From assembly GCA_016867115.1 (NCBI GenBank), contig VGKG01000001.1, positions 29,237-93,236 on the forward strand: 64,000 nt of DNA, in the 5' to 3' direction. Each line of letters opens with the position of its first letter. Within the stretch, counting starts at the first letter, position 1. Positions 40,441 to 50,237 of this stretch are shown here, piece by piece. Under the pieces are notes generated by a model. The model was given only the letters and a program-made list of their open reading frames with translations. It was not told the DNA's origin and made no database searches. Made by a program: the position numbers and the translations under genes. The stretch comes from Candidatus Omnitrophota bacterium. Its GTDB lineage: Bacteria > Omnitrophota > Gorgyraeia > Gygaellales > Profunditerraquicolaceae.

Positions 40441-40621
40441 AATCTTCTCTCATCTGGACTCTAACCATCGGCTCTGGCATCTTACCAGATCCTGCCCTGA
40501 CTTGCGTCTGGGCTCGCGGGCTCTCACCCGGCGCTATAGGATGCGCCGGTGCGCGCTTGCTGCGCGACCGCCGGTCAGGAATCCCTGCCTTCTACAGACA
40601 GGTCACCTTGCCCCGAAGATT
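40441..40621 (-). ncRNA. FMN riboswitch (RFN element)
   Basis: AATCTTCGGGGCAAGGTGA..GATTCCTGACCGGCGG...AGCCCGCGAGC...GATCTGGT..CCAGAGCCGATGG..AGTCCAGATGAGAGAAGATT upstream of ribBA-ribH-nusB-PHP-ribD-ribE. Confidence 0.93.
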
Positions 40622-40630
40622 AACAAAGTT

Positions 40631-40680
40631 AGTGTAGCATAAAATCTTATCTTGTCAATAGCATAAAATATACCTATAAT
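40631..40680. promoter_or_regulatory. Back-to-back promoters (rib operon and cinA) with overlapping -35 boxes
   Basis: Minus: TTGACA(40658-40653)-16-TACACT with TGn; plus: TTGTCA(40652)-17-TATAAT(40675-40680). Confidence 0.7.
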
Positions 40681-40691
40681 AAGGTAATCCT

Positions 40692-41162
40692 ATGGAACGT
40701 ATTGTAAATCAGATACATTCGCTCCTGATCAAAAGGCAAAAGAGCGTAGCCGTGGCTGAATCCTGCACCGGCGGCCTCCTCTCCGAGCTCCTCACCGACC
40801 TCTCCGGCAGTTCAGAATACTTCATTCTGGGCATAGTCGCTTATAGCAACGCCGCAAAAATGCGCATCCTAAATGTTTTGCCCAGGTTAATCGCCAAAAA
40901 CGGCGCAGTTTCAGGAGCTGTAGCCAGGAAAATGGCACGATCCGTAAGGTCACTGGCAAAGTCTGACTTTGGTCTCGGCATCACCGGCATTGCCGGCCCT
41001 ACAGGTGGCACTCCCCAGAAACCCATAGGCACTATATTCATCTCTATAGATGGCAAAACCAGGAGTATCTGCAAAAAGTTCTTATTCAAGGGAAACCGCC
41101 AAACTATCCGCAAAAAATCAGCCCTCAAAGCGCTTGAGATGTTAAAGGAACTGATAAAATGA
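40692..41162 (+). CDS. cinA: CinA C-terminal domain protein (NMN deamidase, PncC-like)
   Basis: AESCTGG, GSS.YF, YSN..K, GAVS, TGIAGP.GG. Confidence 0.9.
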   Translation: MERIVNQIHSLLIKRQKSVAVAESCTGGLLSELLTDLSGSSEYFILGIVAYSNAAKMRILNVLPRLIAKNGAVSGAVARKMARSVRSLAKSDFGLGITGIAGPTGGTPQKPIGTIFISIDGKTRSICKKFLFKGNRQTIRKKSALKALEMLKELIK

Positions 41163-41731
41163 GGACCTTTATCGCAATTGAGTTACCGGAAGAAATCAAA
41201 GGAGCTCTCTCCAGACTTCAGGAGAAGCTGAAAGCCGCCGGTGCGGATGTAAAGTGGGTCGAACCCGAGAATATCCACTTAACCCTGAAATTCCTGGGTG
41301 AGCGGGATGATAAGCGGGTAGAAAAAATCAAGGAGCTCCTTGACGAGGCCTGCGCAGGCAGAAAACCCTTTCTCATGCGGCTTGATAAGGTAGGTGCCTT
41401 TCCTTCCCTGAACTCGCCCCGCGTCATCTGGGTCAGCGTCAGAGAGGGAGATACCGAAGCTAAAGAGATCGCCGCGGATTTAGAAGAAAAAATATGCCGC
41501 CTGGGGATCCCCAAAGAAGAACGGCCATTTCAATCCCACATCACTATCGCGAGATTACGTTCACCGCAAAACAGGCAGCCTTTGGTTCAGGAATTGAAGA
41601 AGCTCGAAGATAAACCCTTGCCGGAAAACCTCGGATTCACCGTAAAAAAGATCACCCTCTTTAAGAGCACCCTCACTCCCAAAGGCCCCGTCTACGAAAG
41701 CCTCAAAGAAGCAAACCTCAAGATAAGCTGA
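41159..41731 (+). CDS. thpR: RNA 2',3'-cyclic phosphodiesterase (2H family)
   Basis: R.FIAI, HLTLKFLG and HITIAR (two HxT motifs). Confidence 0.92.
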   Translation: MRTFIAIELPEEIKGALSRLQEKLKAAGADVKWVEPENIHLTLKFLGERDDKRVEKIKELLDEACAGRKPFLMRLDKVGAFPSLNSPRVIWVSVREGDTEAKEIAADLEEKICRLGIPKEERPFQSHITIARLRSPQNRQPLVQELKKLEDKPLPENLGFTVKKITLFKSTLTPKGPVYESLKEANLKIS

Positions 41732-42150
41732 AGCGCAAGATTAGTGTAGAGCGCAGCTATAATATCATCGCTCATTATGCCCGCACTTCCTTTTAATTTC
41801 TGGAATGCGCCGCAGGGGTATGGCTTTACCATATCAAAAAAACGGAATACCAAAAATCCGATGAGCATGAACTTCGGGGCGAAGGGTACAAACAAAAGGC
41901 TAAGCAGCATACCCGCCACTTCATCGATCACGATCACGCGGTTATCTTTTCTGCCGGTGGCCCTTTCCGCCTCGCCACTCACCAGAAATCCGAGCACAAG
42001 GATTACCAGGGTCAGTAAGACAACCTTACCTCCTGCCAGATAATAAAGCAGGAGCCCGGCGAGGCTTCCGAAAGTGCCCGGAATGAGCGGCAGATACCCG
42101 ACATAAAAAAATGTGGCCAGTATTTTTATGGTTTTTTCACGAATTGGCAT
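41692..42150 (-). CDS. pgpA: Phosphatidylglycerophosphatase A
   Basis: PGTFGS, VIDEVAG, FRFFDMVKP.P, GIMSDD. Confidence 0.92.
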   Translation of the reverse strand: MPIREKTIKILATFFYVGYLPLIPGTFGSLAGLLLYYLAGGKVVLLTLVILVLGFLVSGEAERATGRKDNRVIVIDEVAGMLLSLLFVPFAPKFMLIGFLVFRFFDMVKPYPCGAFQKLKGSAGIMSDDIIAALYTNLALQLILRFASLRLS

Positions 42151-42154
42151 AAGG

Positions 42155-42739
42155 TTAGAAGCGCGCGATGATCTTGCGGTTCTCCCAGAGATACGATATG
42201 CCCGAATAGAGGGTGAGGGCTACGGTGACGAGCATGAGAAAATAGATGCCGCGGCTGAAGATCTTTTCCCAGGCGGGATTCCAGGTGTAATAATTAAGCA
42301 TCACTTCCTTGGCTACCATGAATAGAAGGATCAGGAGGATCACCGTCATCTGGAATGCGGTCTTATGTTTCCCCGCGCGCGTAGCGGAGAGGACCTTTCC
42401 TTTATTCAAAGCAAATAGCCTTAAAGACGTGATTAGGATCTCGCGCGAGACGATGATCACAAACATCCAGGCGTCGATCAGCTGCATCTGCACAAAAGCG
42501 GCAAAGGCAGCCAGTACCAGTATTTTGTCGGCGATCGGATCCATGAGGCGGCCGAAATCGGAGATCAGGTTTTTCTTCTGCGCGATAAAGCCGTCGAGAA
42601 AATCCGAGAGTGCCGCCAGGATAAATACGCCGAGGGCACTTGCCTTTGCCCAGAGCCCGTGGCAGAGAGGCGATAAAAAGAACATGAAGACAAAAGCCAG
42701 GAGGATCCTTGCCATCGTCAGTTTATTGGCTATATTCAT
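42155..42739 (-). CDS. pgsA: CDP-DAG--glycerol-3-phosphate phosphatidyltransferase
   Basis: N.LT..R, DFLDG..A....S.FG..MDPIADK motif, GKHKT..Q. Confidence 0.93.
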   Translation of the reverse strand: MNIANKLTMARILLAFVFMFFLSPLCHGLWAKASALGVFILAALSDFLDGFIAQKKNLISDFGRLMDPIADKILVLAAFAAFVQMQLIDAWMFVIIVSREILITSLRLFALNKGKVLSATRAGKHKTAFQMTVILLILLFMVAKEVMLNYYTWNPAWEKIFSRGIYFLMLVTVALTLYSGISYLWENRKIIARF

Positions 42740-43983
42740 GAAGTTACCTCCCCCACTAAATCATACTCCAGGGTATCAGTGACCCTTACCCTGACAAAAT
42801 CACCGGGGCTGAAGTTTTGGCGGGAGTTTATATAGACCATACCGTCCACTTCCGGAGCATCATATTCGCTACGGCCAAAATATGCCCCCTCTTCTTTTTC
42901 CTCGACCATGACCCTTAAAGTCTTGCCTAATAACCTGGCATTTAATTCCCGGGAGATCTCCTGCTGCAGCTGCATGACCTGGTTAAAACGCTCTTCCTTG
43001 ACTTTCTGGGGGATCTGACCCTTAAGATGATAGGCAGGAGTCCCTTCTTCACGCGAGTAGATAAACGCTCCCAGGCGCTCAAACTTCGTTTCTTCGATAA
43101 AGGAGAGCAATTCTTTGAACTCTTTATCCGTCTCTGAAGGAAACCCCACGATTACCGAAGTGCGTAGCGCCACCCCGGGGATGTTTTTTCTGACCTTCCC
43201 GATCGTCTTCAGGATATCCTTTTTTGCGGTCTTACGGTTCATCGCCTTGAGGATCCGTTCATTGATATGCTGCACCGGGATATCCATATACTTACAGATG
43301 CGCGGCTCATCCCTCACCAGCTTCAATAAAGCATTATCGATACGGCACGGATTCAGATAAAGAAGCCTGATCCAACCGATTTTTCCCGTAACCTTGAGTA
43401 CCTTCTTTAACAGTGCGCTTAAAGCGAACTTCCCGCAGAGGTCTATGCCGTAGCCGGTGATATCCTGTCCGACGATATTCAGTTCGGAGATCCTCTGGCG
43501 GTTAAACGACTGCGCCCGCTTAAGTACAGAATCCGTATCAAGACTGATGAACCTGCCTTTGATCCTGGGGATGATACAGTAACTGCAGTTATTGACGCAA
43601 CCTTCGCAGATCTTTAAATAAGCGTAGTGGCGGGGCGTAATGGGGAATCTTTCCAAAGAGTGGTTTAAAGAGACTTTACCGATAAAGGCGTCGACTTCGG
43701 GAAGTTCTCTTTTTAATTCATCCCGGTAACGCTGGGTAAGGCAGCCATAGACCAGGATCTTTTTAAGTTTCCCTTCTTTTTTTAACTCTACCAGGTCCAG
43801 GATCGCATCTATGGACTCGCGCTTGGCCTGTTCGATAAAGCCGCAGGTATTTACGATGGCGACCTGCGCCTTATCCATATCCACCACGGAATAACCTTTG
43901 CGGCATAGCCTGCCCAGGATATTTTCGGAATCTACGATATTTCTGGGGCAGCCGAGGCTAAGAATCGCAACCTTTGGTTTCAT
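42736..43983 (-). CDS. rimO: Ribosomal protein S12 methylthiotransferase
   Basis: LGCPRN.VDSE, NTCGFI, CxxxCxxC, C-terminal DAPEVDG TRAM domain. Confidence 0.93.
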   Translation of the reverse strand: MKPKVAILSLGCPRNIVDSENILGRLCRKGYSVVDMDKAQVAIVNTCGFIEQAKRESIDAILDLVELKKEGKLKKILVYGCLTQRYRDELKRELPEVDAFIGKVSLNHSLERFPITPRHYAYLKICEGCVNNCSYCIIPRIKGRFISLDTDSVLKRAQSFNRQRISELNIVGQDITGYGIDLCGKFALSALLKKVLKVTGKIGWIRLLYLNPCRIDNALLKLVRDEPRICKYMDIPVQHINERILKAMNRKTAKKDILKTIGKVRKNIPGVALRTSVIVGFPSETDKEFKELLSFIEETKFERLGAFIYSREEGTPAYHLKGQIPQKVKEERFNQVMQLQQEISRELNARLLGKTLRVMVEEKEEGAYFGRSEYDAPEVDGMVYINSRQNFSPGDFVRVRVTDTLEYDLVGEVTS

Positions 43984-44792
43984 CTGGGTATGTGCAGGCC
44001 CCCGTCTCTGGTGATCACGATGTTTTTCAACTGTTGGTTCCTTGCGCCAAGATTTGAAAAACGCTGGCCGTCCACTTCTATCTCCACCCCGCCGGCATTG
44101 CCCAGGGAGAACTCTATCTTATTTTTAGCTTCCCAGCTCTCTGACCTGCCCTTTTCCAGGATCCGGTTAAAAACCGTCTGGCCGTCTTTCTTCAGGATGA
44201 CCATGCAGTTTTCGCGCGCCAGGATGGTCAGATTTATTCCTGAAGCGGCGTCTCTTTTCAGGGGGACGCTTTTAGGCAGGGCCTTCTGCGCTGCAGGAGG
44301 CCCTGCTTTAGGCGCCTGTTTCTTAGCCGCCGGCGACGCAGGCGAAGAAACGCTCCTGGAAGCGGCCTCTTTACGCTTTGCCGAAATGAACTTACCCAGG
44401 CTATAGAGCCCCCAGACCGCGATACCGCCGGCCAGAATGAATACGAATACGCCTTTTAATTTTTTAAGAGGCTGCAAAGAACGCAGCTTGCTGCCCGCCT
44501 CTTTCAGAAGGACGAACTTTTCTGCCTTCCGGGCTCCTGCCGCAGCGACAGTGCCCGGATGCGCCGGAGGCTCTTTATAATCGGCAATACACTCTTTGGG
44601 GTCTACCCCTAAAAACTTACAGTAGATCTTCAGGAAGCTTTTCAGGTACACCGGGCTCAGGTTGCTGATAGTGTCTCCCTCGATAGCCTTGAGGATATTG
44701 AGGTGGACCTTGGTCTTCTTCTGCACCTCTTCAAGGCTTAACCCCTTTTCCAGGCGTAGTTTTTTTAGCCTTTCGCCGGCTGCTTCCATCAC
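43980..44792 (-). CDS. rodZ: RodZ-like protein (HTH, TM, DUF4115-like domain)
   Basis: N-terminal XRE HTH (LKAIE..Y...FL..Y), TM helix, C-terminal GNAGGV. Confidence 0.85.
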   Translation of the reverse strand: MMEAAGERLKKLRLEKGLSLEEVQKKTKVHLNILKAIEGDTISNLSPVYLKSFLKIYCKFLGVDPKECIADYKEPPAHPGTVAAAGARKAEKFVLLKEAGSKLRSLQPLKKLKGVFVFILAGGIAVWGLYSLGKFISAKRKEAASRSVSSPASPAAKKQAPKAGPPAAQKALPKSVPLKRDAASGINLTILARENCMVILKKDGQTVFNRILEKGRSESWEAKNKIEFSLGNAGGVEIEVDGQRFSNLGARNQQLKNIVITRDGGLHIPR

Positions 44793-46987
44793 TGCTCCTC
44801 GCTTTGCCCGACCTGCCTGGCCCTATCCAGCCACTCTTCCCGGTTGACCAGGATCTTACGCGGCTTGCTTCCTTCATAAGGGCCAACCAACCCTTCCTGC
44901 TCCATGGAATCGATAATGCGCGCGGCACGCACATGGCTTAAGCGCATCCTGCGCATCAGGATGGATACCGAAGCCTGATTGCTCTCCATGACCACCCGCA
45001 CCGCCTCGTCGTAAAACTCGTCTTTCTCGCCGTTGACTGCCGTGGCGCTCTTCTGCTGCTCTTTCACGATCTCTTCGTTGTAGAGCGGTTCTGCCTGGGA
45101 CTTAATGAAATCCACCACCCGCTCGATCTCCTTGTCGTAAACCAGCGTCCCTTGCAGCCGGATCATCTCCGATTCGCCCGGCTGCATAAAAAGCATATCG
45201 CCCTTGCCCAGTAGTTTTTCCGAGGTCTTGGTGGAATCAAGGATCGTACGGGCATCCACGCCCGAGGCTACCTTAAAAGATATGCGTGCCGGGAGATTGG
45301 CCTTGATCACGCCGGTGATCACATCGACCGACGGCCTCTGCGTAGCCAGAATCAGGTGGATACCTACTGCGCGGGCCATCTGAGCTAAACGCGTCACCGC
45401 ATTTTCGATCTGGTCTCCGGCAACCACCATAAGGTCGGCAAACTCATCGATGATGATCACGATATAAGGAATAGGCTCGTTCTTCTCGTTGTATGACTCG
45501 ATCGTCCTTGAGCCGGCCTTGGCCAGGAGCTTATAGCGCTCGTCCATCTCCGCCAGGACCCAGTTTAAGGCCGCCGAAACTTTTTTGGCGTCAGTGACCA
45601 CCGGGCACAAGAGGTGGGGCAGGCCGTTAAAGGGCATAAGTTCCACGCGCTTGGGATCGACCATCAGGAACTTAAGCTCATGCGGGGCGTTCTTATAAAG
45701 CAGGGAGAGTATCAACGAATTGACGCAGACGGTCTTGCCGCTTCCAGTAGTGCCTGCGATCAATAGATGCGGCATCTCATCGAGGTCTGCGACGATTGGG
45801 TGTCCGGTAATATCCTTGCCCAAGGCCAGGGCTAACTTGTATTTTGCCCCCTGGAAGACCTGGGAGGTGAGAACTTCCTTTAAATAAACAAAATCCGTGC
45901 GCGCATTGGGGACCTCTACGCCGACGCGCGCCTTTCCCGGGATAGGTGCCAGGATCCTTACGGTCTGGGCTTTCATCGCCAGGGCAATATCATCATCCAG
46001 GGCCTCGATGCGGTTGACTTTGACCCCGGGTGCAGGCTCAAGCTCATAACGCGTGATCGCAGGGCCCCTAAGGATGTCCGTTACCTTGGCTGAGACGTCA
46101 AAATCCTGCAAAGTGGCAACCAGCGTGCGGGCATTCGCTTCCAGGTCATCTTTCATCTGCCTGGCTTCGATCACCGGAGGGCTATCCAGTAGATCCGGGG
46201 AAGGCAACTGATAATCGCCGATCCTGACCTCCTGGGGCCTGGCCTTAGCCTGAGCAGGCTGAGGCCCTGGCTTCGGCTCATGGATTTTCGGCTTAGGCGT
46301 CTGAGTTGCCTCTTCGGGCTTAGGCTTAAACCTATCCTTTACCGCAGCCAGGAGAGACTCTTTTTTCTGAGGAGCTTCCGGAACAGGCTTGGGTGCGGGC
46401 TTTATCCTTATCGGCAGCTCTCTTCTTTTCGGCAGCCTAAAAAAGGGAGCAAAAATATCTCTGGCCTTATTTGCGGTGCCGATAAAAAGCGAGGAGATAA
46501 GTATCTCGGTGACCAGGGCCAGGGATAATATAATAAAGGTAATAAAAATGATGAAGCCGCCAAGGCGGCTGAAATAGGCAGTAATAAAATTAGAGGTCAC
46601 TGCACCCAGTAAGCCCGCGGTGTAGAAACGGACGAACTCGTTCTTAAGATGGGACATCCCCCAGAGCGATGCCACGGATAAGAGGAGCACAAACATGCCG
46701 ATAAAACGGGGGATGCTTAAGTAAGGAGGCTCCTGCCGGAAAAACTTCACCCCCAATAGCAGGATCAGCAAAGGAAGGACAAAGCTTGTGGGCATGCCGA
46801 ATAAAAAAACCAGTATCCCGCCGATATAAGCGCCGAAGTATCCTAAGAGGTTCCTGGGTGGGTGATTGGGATTAGAGGTGTAGAAGGGAAGGTCGAGGCG
46901 GTCAAAACCGGTGAGGCTGGCCAGCAGCATAAGCCCGATAGCGACAAGGATTACGCCCTTGACCTCGTTTAATCTCTTTTCTTTCAC
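44789..46987 (-). CDS. ftsK: DNA translocase FtsK
   Basis: N-terminal TM domain, PHLLIAGTTGSGKT, IDEFAD, ATQRPS, gamma domain. Confidence 0.95.
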   Translation of the reverse strand: MKEKRLNEVKGVILVAIGLMLLASLTGFDRLDLPFYTSNPNHPPRNLLGYFGAYIGGILVFLFGMPTSFVLPLLILLLGVKFFRQEPPYLSIPRFIGMFVLLLSVASLWGMSHLKNEFVRFYTAGLLGAVTSNFITAYFSRLGGFIIFITFIILSLALVTEILISSLFIGTANKARDIFAPFFRLPKRRELPIRIKPAPKPVPEAPQKKESLLAAVKDRFKPKPEEATQTPKPKIHEPKPGPQPAQAKARPQEVRIGDYQLPSPDLLDSPPVIEARQMKDDLEANARTLVATLQDFDVSAKVTDILRGPAITRYELEPAPGVKVNRIEALDDDIALAMKAQTVRILAPIPGKARVGVEVPNARTDFVYLKEVLTSQVFQGAKYKLALALGKDITGHPIVADLDEMPHLLIAGTTGSGKTVCVNSLILSLLYKNAPHELKFLMVDPKRVELMPFNGLPHLLCPVVTDAKKVSAALNWVLAEMDERYKLLAKAGSRTIESYNEKNEPIPYIVIIIDEFADLMVVAGDQIENAVTRLAQMARAVGIHLILATQRPSVDVITGVIKANLPARISFKVASGVDARTILDSTKTSEKLLGKGDMLFMQPGESEMIRLQGTLVYDKEIERVVDFIKSQAEPLYNEEIVKEQQKSATAVNGEKDEFYDEAVRVVMESNQASVSILMRRMRLSHVRAARIIDSMEQEGLVGPYEGSKPRKILVNREEWLDRARQVGQSEEQ

Positions 46988-49065
46988 TTTTGCTGTTCAG
47001 CCTGCTTCTTGCTCAGGTTTATCCGGCCCATTTCGTCTATGCCGATAACCTTGACCTTGAACTCATCGCCGAGCTTTACCACTTCGTCGACGCTCTTGAC
47101 AAAACGGTCAGCCAGCTCAGAAATATGCACCAGGCCTTCTTTTCCGGGAGCAATCTCGCAGAAGGCGCCGAAGTTCACGATGCGCTTGACCTTGGCGTTA
47201 TAGATCGTGCCTACGGCTATTTCTTCCACGATGGTCTTGATCATCTTGATCGCCTCGGCGGATTTTGCCGCGTCGGTAGAGCCGACCAGGACAGTGCCGT
47301 CATCCTGGATGTCTACGCTCACCCCGGTTGCGGCGATAATCGCTTTCACGTTCTTGCCGCCCGGGCCGATCAATTCTCCGATCTTATCCTGGTTGATCTT
47401 AAGCATCTCGATGCGCGGGGCGTAACTTGATAATTCCGGACGCGGCGCGTTGATCGCCTCGCTCATCTTATCCAAAATAAAGGTTCGCGCCTCTTTTGAC
47501 TGCGCAAGGCAATCTTTCAGCAGCTCCACGGAAATACCTTCGATCTTCAGATCCAGCTGCACTGCGGTCATGCCTTTTCTTGTGCCTGCGACCTTAAAAT
47601 CCATATCGCCGAAATGATCCTCAAGGCCGGCGATATCCGTAAGGATCACTGCCTTCTCGCCTTCTTTGACCAGGCCTAAGGCAATGCCACCTACCGGATC
47701 CTTTACGGGGACACCGGCATCCATCAGCGAGAGCGCTGCGGCACAGACTGTAGCCATGCTGGATGAACCATTAGATTCCAGGATCTCAGAAACTACTCTG
47801 ATGGTATAGGGGAACTTCTCTTTGGCGGGAACCACGGCAAGGAGCGACTTCTCGGCTAATGCGCCGTGGCCGATCTCCCGCCTTCCCGGTCCGCGCACCG
47901 GCGCTGTCTCTCCGACGCTAAAAGGCGGGAAGCTGTAGTGCAGCATAAAAGTCTTATATTTTTCACCTTCCAATGCCTCGATCAGCTGCTCGTCTTCTCC
48001 GGTACCTAAAGTGGTCACCGCAAGGCTCTGGGTCTGGCCGCGCGTAAAGAGCGCTGAGCCGTGCGTGCGCGGCAGGACCGAAACCTGACAAGTGATCGGC
48101 CGGACGTCCCTGAAACCCCTGCCGTCAAGGCGCGCATTCTCTACCAGTATCTTATGCCGGATCTGCGCCTTCTGCACCTCATCCAGTGCCATATTGATAT
48201 CGGCGCTGGTGCAATCTTCGCATACGTATTTTTCTTCCAGCTCTTTGGTCAGAAGATGCACCTGCTCCACTCTTTCGTCGTGGTTAGTCAGTTTATAGAT
48301 CTCTTTCAGCTTCCCTGTTGCGGCAGCCTCCACGTTCTTCTTCAGCTCCGGGCTGATCAATTTTAAGGCTACTTCCGCCTTGGGTTTTCCGGCCTTCTTT
48401 TTAAACTCCTCCTGGACATGCAAGAGGCCCTGCAGATTATCATAGCCGAACTTTACGGCTTCCAGATATACGTCTTCCGAAACTTCCCTCCCGCGGGACT
48501 CCAGCATGATGATGCCTTTTGCGGTAAGGGCCACTACCACGTCCAATTCCGCTTTTTCCAGTTCCGCATAAGTCGGATTAAGGATAAACTGATTATCAAG
48601 CCTGGCTACCCGGCAGCAGGCTACCGGCCCGCCGAAGGGAATGTCTGAGATCATCAGGGCGCATGAGGCGCCGTTCACCGCCAGTATATCGGGGTCATTC
48701 TCCCCGTCGCTGGAGAGGACGATCGCCATGATCTGGACTTCGTTTAAGAAGCCTTTGGGAAAGAGCGGCCGGATGGGCCGGTCGATGAGGCGGGCGGTAA
48801 GGATCTCGCTCTCCGAAGGCCGGCCTTCCCTCTTAAAGAAACCGCCGGGGATCCTGCCTGCGGCATAGGTCTTCTCCTGGCATTCTACGGTGAGGGGAAA
48901 GAAATCCTGACCTGCGCGTATCTCCTTGGACATGCACGCGGTCACCAGGACCACAGTCCCGCCAAGGGAAACCATGACCGAACCATTCGCTTGTTTGGCG
49001 ATCTTTCCGGTCTCAAAAATTATATCAGCTTTTCCGAATTTCGTTTTCAGAGTGTGCTCTTGCAT
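46984..49065 (-). CDS. pnp: Polyribonucleotide nucleotidyltransferase
   Basis: DFFPLTV, RLIDRPIRP, RREIGHG, ESNGSSS, DMDFKV, KH and S1 domains. Confidence 0.97.
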   Translation of the reverse strand: MQEHTLKTKFGKADIIFETGKIAKQANGSVMVSLGGTVVLVTACMSKEIRAGQDFFPLTVECQEKTYAAGRIPGGFFKREGRPSESEILTARLIDRPIRPLFPKGFLNEVQIMAIVLSSDGENDPDILAVNGASCALMISDIPFGGPVACCRVARLDNQFILNPTYAELEKAELDVVVALTAKGIIMLESRGREVSEDVYLEAVKFGYDNLQGLLHVQEEFKKKAGKPKAEVALKLISPELKKNVEAAATGKLKEIYKLTNHDERVEQVHLLTKELEEKYVCEDCTSADINMALDEVQKAQIRHKILVENARLDGRGFRDVRPITCQVSVLPRTHGSALFTRGQTQSLAVTTLGTGEDEQLIEALEGEKYKTFMLHYSFPPFSVGETAPVRGPGRREIGHGALAEKSLLAVVPAKEKFPYTIRVVSEILESNGSSSMATVCAAALSLMDAGVPVKDPVGGIALGLVKEGEKAVILTDIAGLEDHFGDMDFKVAGTRKGMTAVQLDLKIEGISVELLKDCLAQSKEARTFILDKMSEAINAPRPELSSYAPRIEMLKINQDKIGELIGPGGKNVKAIIAATGVSVDIQDDGTVLVGSTDAAKSAEAIKMIKTIVEEIAVGTIYNAKVKRIVNFGAFCEIAPGKEGLVHISELADRFVKSVDEVVKLGDEFKVKVIGIDEMGRINLSKKQAEQQK

Positions 49066-49095
49066 TATATTGTCCTTAGGGATTTTCTTAGGGGA

Positions 49096-49365
49096 TTATT
49101 TTCTCAGGCCAAGCTTCTCCAGAACCTCTTCATACTTCTTAATGTCCCTGTTCTTGAGATAGTTGAGGAGCCTGCGGCGTCTGCCTACAAGCGCAAGCAG
49201 TCCGCGGCGGGAGTGGAAATCGTTCTTGTGGATCTTGAAATGCTCTCCTAAGACGTTGATCCTCTCGGTTAAAATCGCAATCTGGACTTCTGCCGAACCG
49301 GTATCGCGGGCATGGACTTTGAACTCTTCGATGATCTTGGATTTTTTATCTTTTAGCAAAACCAA
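49096..49365 (-). CDS. rpsO: 30S ribosomal protein S15
   Basis: [22 protein letters not shown]; TTG start with GGAGG SD. Confidence 0.97.
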   Translation of the reverse strand: MVLLKDKKSKIIEEFKVHARDTGSAEVQIAILTERINVLGEHFKIHKNDFHSRRGLLALVGRRRRLLNYLKNRDIKKYEEVLEKLGLRK

Positions 49366-49398
49366 CCTTTTTCACCTCCTCTTCTCTTAATTTGGATC

Positions 49399-49427
49399 AT
49401 TATATGATACTTTAAAGCATAAGTCAA
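49399..49427 (-). promoter_or_regulatory. rpsO-pnp promoter
   Basis: TTGACT-17 nt-TATAAT. Confidence 0.75.
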
Positions 49428-49456
49428 TAAAATCAACATATTTTTTCGGGGGCTTA

Positions 49457-49597
49457 TTAAGGGTTATATTCGGGGACCGTACGGTAGAAAGTCTTTGTCT
49501 TTTCCCTTCCCGATTCTATCAGCGGCCTGAACATATGCTTATAGCAAAAATAAACCGCGCCCGCAATCAAGGCTAAAAGGAGAACTTTTCTGATCAT
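49457..49597 (-). CDS. Small single-TM protein (46 aa; not in ORF track)
   Basis: MIRKVLLLALIAGAVYFCYKHMFRPLIESGREKTKTFYRTVPEYNP; ATGA overlap with the eda stop and AAGGAGG SD. Confidence 0.65.
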   Translation of the reverse strand: MIRKVLLLALIAGAVYFCYKHMFRPLIESGREKTKTFYRTVPEYNP

Positions 49598-50235
49598 AAG
49601 GCCTCCTTTTCTAAGGCGACAAGCTGATCAGTGAAGCTTTTTATATTTTTGGCGATGCTTAAATAATCGCCTGCCTCAAGCCACTCTCGCTTAAAGGTAC
49701 TTGCGCCGATGGCCACGGCACTCGCCCCCTGGGCGAAAAAATCCTTCAAATTCTCGGGCCGCACCCCGCCGCAGGCAAGGAGCTCTATACCGCTAAACGG
49801 GGCCTTAACCTCCTTAAAATACGCGGGGCCGAAGAAGTTCGCCGGAAAGACCTTGACCATGCTCGCACCCGCATTCCAGGCGCGGTAGATCTCCGCAGGG
49901 CTAAGGGCGCCAGGAAAGACCGGGATCTTAAACTTTGCGCAGTAGCTGACTACTTCCTCCACAAACACCGGCAGCACGATAAAGGTGGCTCCGCCGGATA
50001 ACGCCAGTTTTAAATCCTCCGTATTCAGGACTGTCCCTGCGCCGATAGTCAGGCGCCCGCCGGATGCTTGAATAGCCTTACGGATGAGATCCGGCGCTCC
50101 CGGGGTATTCATGGTGATCTCGATCGTCTCCAAGCCGCTTGAGGCGATTACCTCTACGAGGGGTGCTATCTCCTGAGGTTTGATTCCCCTTAAGATCCCC
50201 AGGATCGGCTTTTCTTTGAACCTCTTAATATCCAT
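49594..50235 (-). CDS. eda: KDPG/KHG aldolase
   Basis: ILRG, IEIT, IGAGTV, PG...P.E, VKVFPA, GGV. Confidence 0.9.
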   Translation of the reverse strand: MDIKRFKEKPILGILRGIKPQEIAPLVEVIASSGLETIEITMNTPGAPDLIRKAIQASGGRLTIGAGTVLNTEDLKLALSGGATFIVLPVFVEEVVSYCAKFKIPVFPGALSPAEIYRAWNAGASMVKVFPANFFGPAYFKEVKAPFSGIELLACGGVRPENLKDFFAQGASAVAIGASTFKREWLEAGDYLSIAKNIKSFTDQLVALEKEAL

Positions 50236-50237
50236 GA

